From the NCBI GenBank assembly GCA_973895155.1, contig OZ316897.1, positions 7,368,470 through 7,432,469 on the forward strand: a stretch of DNA of 64,000 nucleotides, written 5' to 3'. The position numbers were made by a program, and so were the translations under genes. Below are positions 24,904 to 37,495 of the stretch, in pieces. Under the pieces are notes generated by a model. The model was not told the origin of the DNA, made no database searches, and saw only the letters and a list, made by a program, of their open reading frames with translations. Numbering within the stretch: the first letter of the stretch is position 1; each line of letters opens with the position of its first letter. The stretch is from Marsupella aquatica. Taxonomy: Eukaryota; Plantae; Marchantiophyta.

Positions 24904-25547
24904 ACTTAGTTTCATGTGGTTGTCATTCATGATGTTGTGTCTATTTCTTGTGTTCAATGTGTTATACTTCTAAAGTGATGATGAATGTGAGTGTTTATAT
25001 GTATTGCAATGTGGAGTGTTCATGAATTGACAATCTCTCTTTATGAACTGTTACACAATTCTTACCTTCCATTATTGGATTAGTCATGGTCGGGGTCATG
25101 GTTGCAACTTCCCCACATTCCATCTAAATTGTATTATTTATAAACATGACTATGTATGGACCCAAATAGTTGTGTTGTGAGACCCGGACCACAGACTATC
25201 GTGGTCTATTATGTGACACTATATAGTCACATGTTAGTCGTTGTTAACAAGGTTTACTTCTAAGTGCAACTAAGTCATGAACATGACTTACCTTGTGACT
25301 AATTAAAGTCATATTATAGTCACATAGCAACAAGGCTAGACTCCATGATGGAGTCATGGACCAGTCACAAATGGGTATCAAGAGAGTCACAAACTTGTGT
25401 ATCAATAGTGACTTCTATTTTTTGGTCTCAACTTTTGCAACTCCAAAGGTCACAGCTTGGGTCACATCACGTTGAGTCACAATGAAGTCACATGAGCCAA
25501 AAGGAGTCACATATTGCGGTCTTAGATTACTTTGGATTCTTCTAGTG
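24904..25547 (+). mobile_element. 3' end of CACTA element with subterminal repeats and TIR
   Basis: Ends GGATTCTTCTAGTG (reverse complement CACTAGAAGAATCC) at 25547; dense GTCAC/GTGAC/GTCATG repeats at 25080-25520; Gypsy B coding sequence starts abruptly at 25548. Confidence 0.85.
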
Positions 25548-28500
25548 ATGGTTTCCTCCCATCAAAACCTCTTGGCTCTCTGTAGAACCTTGTCACGCTC
25601 CTTGGCATCAATACTGCCAACAATAGAACCACTGCGCAAATTTTCCAACATTTGCACATCATTGTGAATATCTTGTTATCTAGAAGTTACCTCACCAACA
25701 TCCACATCAATCTGAAGACTCATCATCCACTCCATCCAATGAGGTAGAGTCCACAGATCCACTGTATGCTAGCACCCAACAAAGAAAGACAGATGCATGC
25801 CATCCTGGCACCATCTCCTTATCTGACTCATCATGCCATCTAGCTCTAGCCTCATCCTGCTGACTAGTACATGGGTTGCGACTCAACCCATCTGCATCCA
25901 AGTTCACATCTCCAAGTCTATGTACAACCTAGAAATCATACTCCTGCAACAACAATGCCCATCTTGCAAGCTTCCCAGTAAGCTTGTCAGACTCCATTAA
26001 CCACTTGAGAGGCTGATGATCAGTGATCAAAGTAAAAGGATTACCAAACAAGTAATAGTGGAAGTGTGTCACAGCCCACACTGCTGCCAAACACTCTCCC
26101 TCATAAGAGCTATACTTAGCCTCTGTTGAATTGTTTGATCTACTGACATATGCCACAACAAACTCATGCCCTTTGTCATCCTTCTGAGTCAGCACTGCTC
26201 CAAGTCCTACTCCACTCCAATTAGTGTGTAGCTGAAATGGTCTGCCTGAAATGGGTCTTCTCAAAATAGGGGATGATGCCAACCTTTGCTTCAAATTTTG
26301 AAAGGCATGCTCCTGGTCATCACCCCAAGTCCATTCCTGATCCAACTTAGTGAGTATGGTTCAAGGTTTAGCAAGTGGCGAAATCCTTTATCATACCTCC
26401 TGTAGTAGCTCGCCAATCCCAAGAATGCACAAACTTTTCTCACATCAATAGGATGAGAAATCTGTGTAATGGCCTCCACTTTACTAGTAAGTCTACTATA
26501 CACCCAATCCCCTTGGGTATATAGTGTGGCCCAAATACTCAATTTGGTCTTGGAAGAACTGACACTTGCCAAGATGGAGCTTCAACCCATGTGCTCTCAA
26601 TCTCTCCAACACAATCTACAAGTGATGTTGATGTTCTTCCACAGTAGAAGAATAGACCAAAATATCATCAATATAACATCTGACAAAATCCAAACTTGCG
26701 AGGATTCAATCCATGACTCTTTGGAACTTAGCTGGTGCATTCTTCAACCCAAATGGTAAGAGCAACCACTGATACAAACAATCTTTGCCATAAGAATCCA
26801 TCCCCCAGAATGTTGTCTTGGACCTGTCAGCATGCCTAATTGGAAGCTGATGGTACCCTGCTCTCAGATCCAATGAATTGAAAACCTTTGCATACCCCAC
26901 AACATCAAAGATCTCCTCAGGTGTGCACATAGCATATCAATCAGATTTTTTTTGGCAATTAATAGGTCTGTAATCACCACACATGCGCCTATCTGTGTAA
27001 TTTCTATGCACATCCTTCTTGGCTGGCATCACTATGGCAGATGCATACTCCCCATATGAAATCTCCACCAATCCAGCCTCCAACAAATCTTGAGTTCTAC
27101 TTTGAATCAAAGCTCTCTCCATGTCACTATAACAATATGGTCTACGAAAGATTGGCGCATCACTAGCCAATTCAATCTGAATACCAAGGCCTTTCAATGT
27201 CCCACATCCTTCATGCTAAATGCAAAACAATTCCAATAACTCTTCAAGAATCAATGCATGCGATGTCTCTCATCCCCTGTCAACTTAGGACCAATTTGTG
27301 ACTCCCAACTCTCCACCAGATCCCTAATATCTTTTTGTAGGGTAGAAGAGATAGTCGATGATTGCTATTTAGCAGTCTCTTCCTGCTCAACAATCTGTCC
27401 AACCTTGGCCAATCTTGCCATAGGTCCATGGACTGTCTGCTCACCCCCAATTGTGGTCATCACTATCTTAGTGGACCGCAAGCTCACCAATGGGCGATGA
27501 GTAACACCAGCAGAGTGCATCCGCAACTGTTCAGCTACTCCCAAGCTGATAATCCAAGTCAAGCAATTCAAATCCATTGCTTGACCAAGGACCTGGTGGC
27601 GTGAACTCTCTAACACCGAGGCAACTATAGTGGTGCTTGTCAAAAATCCCATAGCACGCTCCCTCTCATCAGTAGTAGGTTCCACTAATTGTTGAAGAGT
27701 TGTGTCCCACACAAGTCCAAGGCCACTTGCTTTGAATGCATATGAAGCAGAGTGGCTCACAAGAGTGGGTAATGCACAACGTAGGCGCCCAACTACATTG
27801 ACCACTGCCAATGGAGGTCTATCAGGTTCGGTCACACCCTGTGCACGATGCCCTAGATCCAAAATATCATCCACCACGAAGGCTGTTGAGCATGGATGAT
27901 GTCCAATGCATGCTTCAGCACCTCACATGGGATCAAATTAGTCCACCAGAAGCGTGGACGATGTGCACGAGAACCCACATGTGCAACATCCAATAACACA
28001 ACATCTCCAATCCAAGACCTCACCTGGTGAACACTGGCAACAATTTGACGACAATCATCACCTAACAATGGCACATTCTCCAAAATGTATGCTGGAGACT
28101 GTGTCTGATGTAGTTGGAGATGACGCAACACCCGTAACATCTCCCAAAACAATGCAGAGTGTGGATCATGAAGTCCATGCCCAATGCCAACTCTAGATTG
28201 GCCCCGACATGACCAACCAACACCAAATCAATGGGGCCAACACAATGCAAATGATCCACCCCCAACAATGAAATATCAGCAGGTAGTGCATACTGATATC
28301 CATGAACAACATCTACTAACAGCAACTGTGGATATGTATCCACCAACATAGCCACATAACGCAATGAGACCCTCCGTGCTATCTCATCTGTCTCCACATA
28401 CAAATAACGACGCACAAGAATTCCTGCCTAAAGAACAACAACCAATCTAGTGTTAATCCCACCAAATGATCCAACAAACAAATACCATCCAGTGGATACT

Positions 28501-31500
28501 GCCAAGCGATAGGAGTGGTATCCAATGGTGAAAGAGTCACCGGCCCATCTGCAAGAGACTACTTTGCTCCTGATTGTGGTGTAAAAGTATGATGCCATGC
28601 GCCATGTACCAATCGTGCTGCTGCCTATGGCAAGGCCTGTCCAGTGCCCCACACTGGTGGCGCCACACTGCCAATAGGTAATCCCTATAGGATCTGCTCC
28701 TCATGTGACTCCTCCAATGGTGGAACATATGTTGCATGCACATTACCCTCAATCAAATCATCAGGTCCAGTAATCACACCACTGAATGTTGCCAAAGACA
28801 AGTGTGGATTTAGGGCCTCCCATAGGTCGACTAAATTGCATTGGCAACCTGCTCAATCGAGCATCTCCTGACTACCAACCAGGTCTATATGACACTGATT
28901 CATCCCAAAAATCAAGAATAAATCACATGGGGTAGAGCACTGTACATCCCACCAACACATCATATGACTCTGCCTTAGTCAAAATAGCTCGCGCTTGTAT
29001 CTGTGAGCTATCTGTCATATGACCTTCTTGAATCGTTAAATCAAGTGGTCTCCTGGTGATATGCTGTGTAGATGTAGGTCCCCCCAATGAAGTTTGAATG
29101 GGAAAGGGACACTCCTCCAAATCATTTGGACGCAATCCCAATCCTTGTATCGCAGACTTGCCCAACATCAAGGGCTGAGCACCAATATCTAGTAACACTC
29201 TCTCTAGCTGGTATACTGCTCCAGAAGGCCCAACTAATTGGAAGATACCACTCCGATTATCCAATGACACAACACTAGGTTTAAACCTAGTCCTTTCAAA
29301 TGCAGGGTGTGCTGGTAAATACACCAACCTCGCTACTGTTGCATGCCATGTCTCACTAGTAGCAGTAGGTGGCATGGTCTTCATTGCTTCAACACTACAA
29401 GCTGCTTTTGCATGGGAAGCAACAACTGGAGTGTCCTCATAGAGTGTAGCTACCAATCTAAACACTTATGCAGGACCAATTCCCAAGTTCAACATGTTTG
29501 CCGCTAAAAATAATGGGTGCGCACTATGGCAGTAACCGCCCCCAATAGGGTACTTGTCATCCCTGCTGCATCACTACCTGATTTTGCCAACTTACCCCCA
29601 CTAGGGTTTGTCCGAACCGGGTTCATAGAGGCAGTCTGCAATGTCTTTGACAATCTATGTGAAAGACTGGGGAAGCTTTGTTAGACGATGAGCATCCCCT
29701 CTCTGAGGATCCAACTCCACAACGGCTCCTCTAGGTTCAAGAGCTTTTGCTGCTCCCCGTGTCAAAGTTGCTGATGCATCAATGTGTGCAGTGCCACACA
29801 TAAATCCCATGGTGGCAAGGTCTCCATTAGCTCCATAAGATGTGGAAGGACCATGGGATGTAGATGCCCCATCACCAGAAGTAGGTCTCACTTGGGAACT
29901 AGCCATGGCAGCTAGCTATTGCTCCAATTGAGCAATTTTAGCATCCTTTGGATCTATGATTACAATAGGGGCAGCGTTACCTCCCTGTCTTCCTGCATGT
30001 GGCATGCCATGGCCATGTCCACCACCTCTACCTCCTTCTTCTCTTCATGTGTACGGGATCCTCCCCTCCGTAACTCAGGGTGGAGTGAGAAACACCTATC
30101 CTTGGTGTGTCCAAGAGCTCCACAATCATCACAATGTTATTGATCAGGCGCTGATGCTCTCCCTGATCCTCTATGATCTGGGCAATATCTTTGTGCATGA
30201 TCCCCACCATAGGTCCAACATCCTGACTGCTGTCTAGCATAAGAGGGCACAGGTCTTTGGCTGGTAGACTCTCGTGCAGTGGGCTTCTCCCTCTGGCTCT
30301 TTTGTGCAGTAGGTTGTGGTGTGGATGTACATGTAGCCGTTGGCGCTTTCTGGGTAAATCCAAAAGTCACCACCTTCTCATTCACCATATTGAGTTCAAT
30401 GTACTCAGAAAGTGCAAAAACAACTGCCAATGTAGAATCTGAATCCCTAAGTAGAGTGACATCCCTCACTCTACGCCACAACTCCCTATCCAAAATGGCA
30501 TACCAAAACTGGACTGCCTGGGCCTCTGTCACTCTCTTCATGATGTTAATCAATCTCCTCATATGGGTGTATGCCTCATGTAGACTCTCTCCAGTCTTAC
30601 GCTGAAACTTCTACAAACCCTTCAACTTATCTGTTCTCACACCCTGGTAGTTCTGGCGCAATACCTCAAAGAACTCCACCATAGGGTTAAATGCTGGCAT
30701 AGCTGTAGCTCTTGACACTACAGCACCAGTAGTAGTGGAAGTGGATGCTGCTAAGGTGCTAGTCTAACTAGTGCTGCTAGGGGAAGCAGCAACAGTAGCA
30801 GCAATAGCAACAACAAGAGCAGCAGAAGTAGCAACAGGTTGGGCACTTGTACTTGTGCCATAGGTGATGGATACATAATTGGATGACCAATGTTGTCTCC
30901 ATGCCTCAATGTCCAGCAAATGAGCCTTCCAAAACTCATGGTAATCATCCATGGGTGGTCCCTCCAAATGCTGAAATAATCCCTTCCATGCCATGAAGGG
31001 TGTGAACAACATGGCATTATGTAATGTCTGCAGGTCGCACCGCGTATCAAACTCCTAGATGAAATCATCTAAGTCAATGGTGCCAACTGTACCAAAGAAT
31101 CTCCTTAGGCCCTTTGTGGCCCCATACATCTTCTCCATATGCCACAGCAACGGCGCAACCACCTGGTGATGAGGAGAACTGGTAACAGAATCTTTGTTTG
31201 AATCACTATCTGAAATAGCATTGCTGACTGCTACCAAAGCTGTTGGCCAAAACTGCGCCCCACTCTGAGTGAAACCGGTCCATCGTCCATCGGGTAACCC
31301 ATCAGCACCAAAAGAATCCGTGGTGACCAACCTAACCTAATCTATGTGCTAACCCTAAGGGCAATCTGTCCCTATCAGCACCACAAGCACTCACCATGGT
31401 GTGTTGGGCATCACTCCAATCATCAGGAGAGAAATACGCAGCACAACTAGAATGTTCGGTTTCAAATCCGGATCACTCCTATGGAATCAAGCGCCCACAC

Positions 31501-31970
31501 CAAACTAACATGGCGCATAAACAGGAAGCATGTGTGGAGAGGATCCAACAACAAAAATAGATACAATTCAACTCTCCACACAAAAGCAAATGCAAATCAA
31601 TATGACAATGTTCATAAGGTTCAACATATAGCCTTCATAATAGGCTTCACAATGTTCAATGTCGTAGCTAAGAATCCATGTAAAATTGGTTCAATCCATG
31701 CATCTGGATGAACTCAAAAGCATCAAAAACCATACGAGAGTTTATGATTTGGCCCAAAATGACACTCTAAATAAACCAGAATATGTATAAAATTCCTAAG
31801 TGTCTTTATTAACATCAAAGTAGAAAGGAATGTGTGTACACACAAGCACTTAACAACCACATAGTTAAGCGTGTAGGGGAGGAATAGCTTTGGGATGGGT
31901 GACCTTTCACTTGTAGTTATGCACCAAATTGGCCGCTCCAATTTCAGCAGCTTGCAACTACTCCTCACAT
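25548..31970 (-). mobile_element. Degenerate Ty3/gypsy retrotransposon (Gypsy B) with gag-PR-C5 methyltransferase-RT-RNase H; integrase separated by the CACTA insertion
   Basis: gag ~31300-30140 (knuckle CWTYGGDHAQRYC), PR VLLDIGAQPLML (29465-28923), MTase ~28500-27550, RT 27197-26470 (RMCGDYRPIN, LDLRAGYHQ, PFGLKNAP), RH 26345-25880 (EGECLA, TDHQPL, DADGLSR). Putative LTR ~31506-31970 with uncertain ends. Confidence 0.88.
27550..28500 (-). pseudogene. DNMT3-like C5-cytosine DNA methyltransferase domain within the retrotransposon polyprotein (frameshifted)
   Basis: Motif I DGICLLD-FGGI; II RRYLYVE; IDLV then IV GWSCRG (Cys codon 28207-28209); V GLHDPHSALFWE; VI YILENV (ENV 28072-28080); VIII AHRPRFWWTNL; IX ERERAMGF; X RHQVLGQAMD. 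All in canonical order. Confidence 0.88.
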
Positions 31971-32729
31971 ACCAACAAGCTGGCCCGCCGCTCCTGCTCC
32001 ACCCTCACGCCTCTCGTCCCAAGTTTCCTCAAAACTCCGAGATGAGCTAAGAGTGAGCCCTTCACGCCCGCAACGATTTGCTACGCCGGATTGAGTTTCA
32101 GATTCGACAACGTTCAAACTTTGCCTCTCGGTTTCCCTTCACAATCATAGCTTACTACATACACTCTGTGCGCGGTAGTCGTAGTCATAGCATTGTCGAC
32201 TGCAATCAATCCGCACTGTCGGCAACGCATAAATGGCAACAAGCATGAGACGTTCCTTCACAAAAATGCGATAGTCAACCGAGCCAACATTCGCCGTCCG
32301 ACTCCTTCACGGAAATATCAATCCGCACTGTCGGCAGTGAGTTCAACTTTGCAGCTTCTAAGACAATCTATAATCCTTGGTAGCCAGTAATCAGCCGGTG
32401 ATTTCTACTCCTTGGCAGCTTTTTCAATTCAAAATTCAAAATATCCACAGATTGAAGAGCTCTTGTTGAAATTGTTTGGAGTGAGAGGTATGAAGTGAGA
32501 AGCAGATACATTGAACTCATGGAAGCTATATCTCGAGGTATATGCAAGCCAGGGAATTTTGCAGGGTGAGTACAGGAGCAGGTGGGTGACTACCAGGAGC
32601 TTAGCAGACACATTGCATAAACAAAGACATCACAATTTAAAGACAGGTATATCTAGTAACGTTTTGTCTCATTCAAAAGTGAAAGGTTGGGACTTCAGGT
32701 CCCCAAGAGCCAGAAAGTTTTTGGCTCTT

Positions 32730-32842
32730 GCCCTTAAATGTCCTCAATCATTGTCGTGAGGACTGCCTCAGGAGGGGGTTGAGGCATGTATGTCCCTTGC
32801 CCTTGAAAGTCCTCAATTGTTGTCGTGAGGACTGCCTCAGGA
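32730..32842. repeat. Short direct duplication (~45 bp x2, GTCCTCAAT..TGTCGTGAGGACTGCCTCAGG)
   Basis: Two similar copies about 69 nt apart; each contains a GTCCTCA/TGAGGAC inverted pair. Confidence 0.6.
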
Positions 32843-35800
32843 CCTGGTTGAGGCATAAAAATATTGGTCAGTCCAAAGGTGCTATAACTTCACGTAAAGA
32901 CTTTAATTTGTGATTTTCATCTTTGTATTTTACAGGGCTCCCTTCTTTTGAGGAGGGGATTGTGGGATCTACTAAATTGTATGAGATAAAATAGTTTACC
33001 ATCTAAGTTCCTATTTTTCTCAGGACCTTTTACATGCAAGACTGCCCTAAAGTAACTTTTCCTTGAATAGTCTTTGGGTTTCAAGGTAAAGAAACCAACA
33101 ATTTTGCACTTGGCCAGTGTTTTGCTTCTACATGTTAATTTTCAACAGCTTCACTTTAGCAGCATATTTCAAACTGCAAAAGAACAAGAGGCACCCAAAC
33201 CGAGACCCGAACGTGAGACATAATCCCACAAGCAATAGACCCAATCAAAGGGAGGACACCAAAGAACCAACCAAGGAAAAAGAGCAAACTCTATCTTCCC
33301 AATAACAAAGGCAAGGGCATTCTGTTGGAAAACTAGTGCAACAAGGGATAGGGTAGACAAAGAGCTCTGGACAAAGTATTGCAACCAATCATCAAAATCA
33401 AACATTCTGCATACAGGTATGGAAGAGAATGTCAGAAGTTCAACCTTGTTTGCTGAAGATGGAGATATATATAGAACAAATGACGAGATGGGATAGAAGC
33501 AAGATGGATGACTATTTCAAAGTAACACGAAAGGCAGTTGCCTGCATAATGCACCTTTTGAATACAAGAATCCCCATCTATGTGTCCACCATCATTAGTT
33601 TTTTACTTGGAGGGGTCACTTTGGCAGAAGTGACACATCATGTGCAACAAAATCTACGCCCACTTAAAAAATCCAGGGTACTACGTCCACTCATCCAGTC
33701 AAACTACACAAGACAACATCAATCTGGTGTAGGACATTCCATCTGGATCAATCTTAAGCAAAGCTTGGTCACCACCTCTGCTACTGAAGTAGCCTTCTGC
33801 AGGTATGTAAATAATCTCCTACAACAATAGTTAACTTTGGTTCATCTTTCAATTGTCGCAAATAGGACATTTTGGCTGAAACAAACTGCACCGATGCACA
33901 AGCTGGAGCACTTATTGACAAAATGTCACCAATCTAATGTCAGTGATGAAAGTAGATCTAGTTGTGATCACAAATCTATGATTGGAAGCATAGACTGTAG
34001 ATTGACACAAAACTGAAAGACATGTGGTTTCAATTAATTTTCCACTACCATTTTGTCAGTCCAGATGCTGAGGCAATACATATCAAATTCAAGATGTTTA
34101 AAGAGTCTATCTAGTAAGTACATCATGCTTACCTGACCCTTCATTTGTGGAGCAGGGGAGAGAGACTATACAACAAATCACAGCTATACAACAAATTATG
34201 CGATGGATACATTGAGGAGCCAATTTAAGTCCATCCACTTCTGGTAATTGGTAATCCCAAAGATTGAGTGTGCCATTTTCATACGTGGGAGAAAAATCCA
34301 TCCTATGAAAACAATCTGAATACCCTCAAACTCACAACTCTTTAGGTGTTTGGAAAATGAAATTGCAACACAGGTTTTAGGAGGCAAAAAGAAGGAGGGA
34401 CACATTTAATTAATCCGCAGATATGTCAAAACATACTTGGGCCAGAATCAATTAACAGGCAGAGTTTCCAGGAGCCGTTCATTCCCTCGTTCAATTCATG
34501 CATCCAAAAAGGGGCCTGCGGTTTCATGACATCATGACAATCTCAGAATTAGTGTCATCCACTCCAACACTGAAAGGTCTCCCATGATACGGATTGCATC
34601 TGATGGAAACATCTGACAGATATATACGTGACGACTAGAGAGATATACTTGATGGACCCCCAAAATGATAAGTGTTATTTGACAAATTCTACGACTGATC
34701 CAGACCCTTCATGGACCTTAGATCAACCTACTGAAAACCTCATGGGGATCAAGTATCTCTTGAGACAACCACTTGAAACATATCAGGAACAAATTGTTGT
34801 GACAGAGTACCCTAAACTTTATTTTTGGCTATTCTAGCTGAAGACAACAATATTCTTCCCTGCACATTGGCCAATTGAAATTCACTTCTACACTATCAAG
34901 TTCCTAACTGGAAGTCATAAGTGCATGTTAAAGACAAGGGACTGTTGCATGCTAAATAGTTTTTATCTTGGTTAGTTTTGGTTAGAAGTGTGGGATTCTG
35001 AAGAAAAAACTCGCCAAGTAATCATTTTGCCTGAAAAGTACAGGCCCCCCCAACTTCTACTCTGCTGCTTCAGTTTACAAGATGAGGACTGGCTCAAGTT
35101 CAATGCCCAATGGTGCCCCTCTTGCAATGGGTTTGGTTGAATATTTTAAGTTAGTTTATAAATGTGGTTTAGCAAACCTCTCAGGAAGGTTTCAGTGTAA
35201 ACCTTTCCATAACTCAAGGTGGTTGTAAACATATACAACCCACTGGCTCTTGTTGACAGCCGGAAATCTATGTACCTAAACCCCTCCTGTTGTTTTCTGT
35301 TTGAACTTCTATGGATGACTATGAGCCATAACACCCATGCTAGAGTAGCTTGAGGGTTATGAGATTCTTGTACCCCCCACCCCACTATTCCAATTTCAGG
35401 CACAATTTTCAGGTCAAATAGAATACAAAATTACACTCAGAGATTATGTTATCAACCCATGGCCACTCCAAGGCCATGTTGCAAACCCATCGAGCTTGCT
35501 GCCCTTGCCACTCCAGGGCCATGGTTCTAACCCCCTCAGGCTCATGGGCCTTGGGGATTATAAATAGGAATATGCAGGTCTGGTTTGGGGTTACTATCTC
35601 CAACCCTGTGACCAGAAAATGAAGAAAAGAAAATATTCTGAGCTTTCATGGAGCAAGATTCGGGCTAGAACCCTTGCCCAGACATACATACATCTACAAC
35701 TATAATAACTGATCCTGCCTTTTCTTGTCCTTCATCCTGTTATGAAACCCATCCAGAATCAAGGGGAATCAAAACTGGCCTTTAGATATTTTAGGGTATT

Positions 35801-37495
35801 TTCATATCTGTTTCATTAGCACTTGCCCTCTCTGGCGAGGCCTCCCACGCCTGTGCCTTCATTATGGACCTCCCTCGTGATATACATATACAGGCATCAA
35901 TGCTCGCGATGCCTTGCCGGCCCTCATGATGCATCGCCCTGACGCCCTGCCTCGCCCTCCCCTTGGTCCCAATTCCCTATGGGCCGCCCTCATTGCGCCA
36001 TGCAACGCACTGGCATAGGGCTCGTGCATTATAATACTTTAATTTCTGTCCAAAAAAAGTTACTTGTGGGCAACAGATTATGAGAAAGATAATAAGAATA
36101 ACAAGTGAGTCCAAAAACGTTTACATGCTGGTAGAATTTACACCTTAGTGATAGAACTATTTTCCATAATCCCCTTGGTGGGGCCAGGGATGGCTTACCA
36201 CTAGTACATGTTGGCACATATTGATTCCAGTATTCCCTTTGTTCCCAATAATGATGCCCACCCTCCTGTGCTTTATCTCCCCCGTCAGAAAACTTTAACC
36301 GTCGTCGGCGCGGATTCCTCCCCTGCGCTTTTATATTGTTGTTGTTGGCTTTGTCTTCGTGCGGACGACATAATACGAGGCAGAGAGAGAAGCTGTTCGT
36401 GTTGCTTGGGGTGGCATGCAATTTCGCCTGCAATTACCAGTATACCCAATCTCGCCGAATTGCCAACCCAGAACCGACTCCTCCCTAGTAGTGTAGTAGT
36501 CCTTTCCATGGTATACTACGAACACGGTAAGCTATTACGGTATTGCTTCTTTGCCGGTCTACTGTAGGTGTCTCCTGACTCGTGAGACACATCTGTGGGA
36601 TCTGAAAGAGAAATCAAAAGGTCCTGAGTCAGGCCAAAACGTCATCCAGGAGATTGGGGGTGCACTACCAAATTCAGGAGCGAGCGGCACGTCGACAACC
36701 AATTGAATTGAATTGGATTGGATTGGGATCGGGGATACGGTATGGTTTTCAAAGACGGCTGGTCGTCGATGATTGAGCAGAACCCAGCAGCCTTGTCACC
36801 GCCACGTCTCCCTCCTCGTCCCTTCGCCTCTGCCCTTACCTGTGCCCGTGCCCCTCGCTGCCTCCTCATCATTCCGCCCTTACCTGCGCCCCTCAATTGC
36901 AACCAGGAAAAGTATTTGTCACTCCTCCTACCCCTAAAATTATTCTTTTGCATGCAATTCCCTTCTAGAATGCAATACTCCTCCACGGCTATTGATGTGC
37001 ATCCTCATCTGGGATGGAGGGAGAGAGAAACAGATCTTGCATTCAAGCTTTCCACCTTCGAGCATAGCTTCCTCGGTTGCGTGGAGGTTTCTGCTCTACT
37101 GCTTTAGGCTGCTTTCACCTACCCTGCTATTACCTGGTATTCCTGCTCTGCATCCGCTGTTCGGCTTAGGATATTCTTCCTGAGGTTGACCGAATTTTGG
37201 CAGGTTCGGATCACAGTCGTGTGCCAGAGGCGAGAGAATTCGCTTAGTAGAGCGAAGGAGGACCTCTGTGGGCCATGGTGGGTTGATTCAGATTCAATCG
37301 AGCAGATTCGGAAGATTCACAAGATTCGGGAAACATCCAGTTGCTGCGAAGTGGAGGAGCGGATCGTCGAGTTCTGTTGAGATTTTGGAGGAGCGAATAA
37401 ATAAAGACGCTCCGATTCGCCGTTCATCTGTCCAGCAGGAAGGCAAACGACCAGAGAAGAGCGATTCGTACGGGGAAGCGAATTCCGGAACGATT

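Noticed and set aside
30751-31068. Poly-Leu ORF
   Set aside because: Alternate-frame reading of a GCA/GTA trinucleotide-rich Ala/Thr tract in Gypsy B gag
31483-31502. TGGTGTGGGCGC... on the minus strand as the Gypsy B PBS
   Set aside because: Position is plausible, but I cannot match it to a specific tRNA and the adjacent LTR end is not a clean CA
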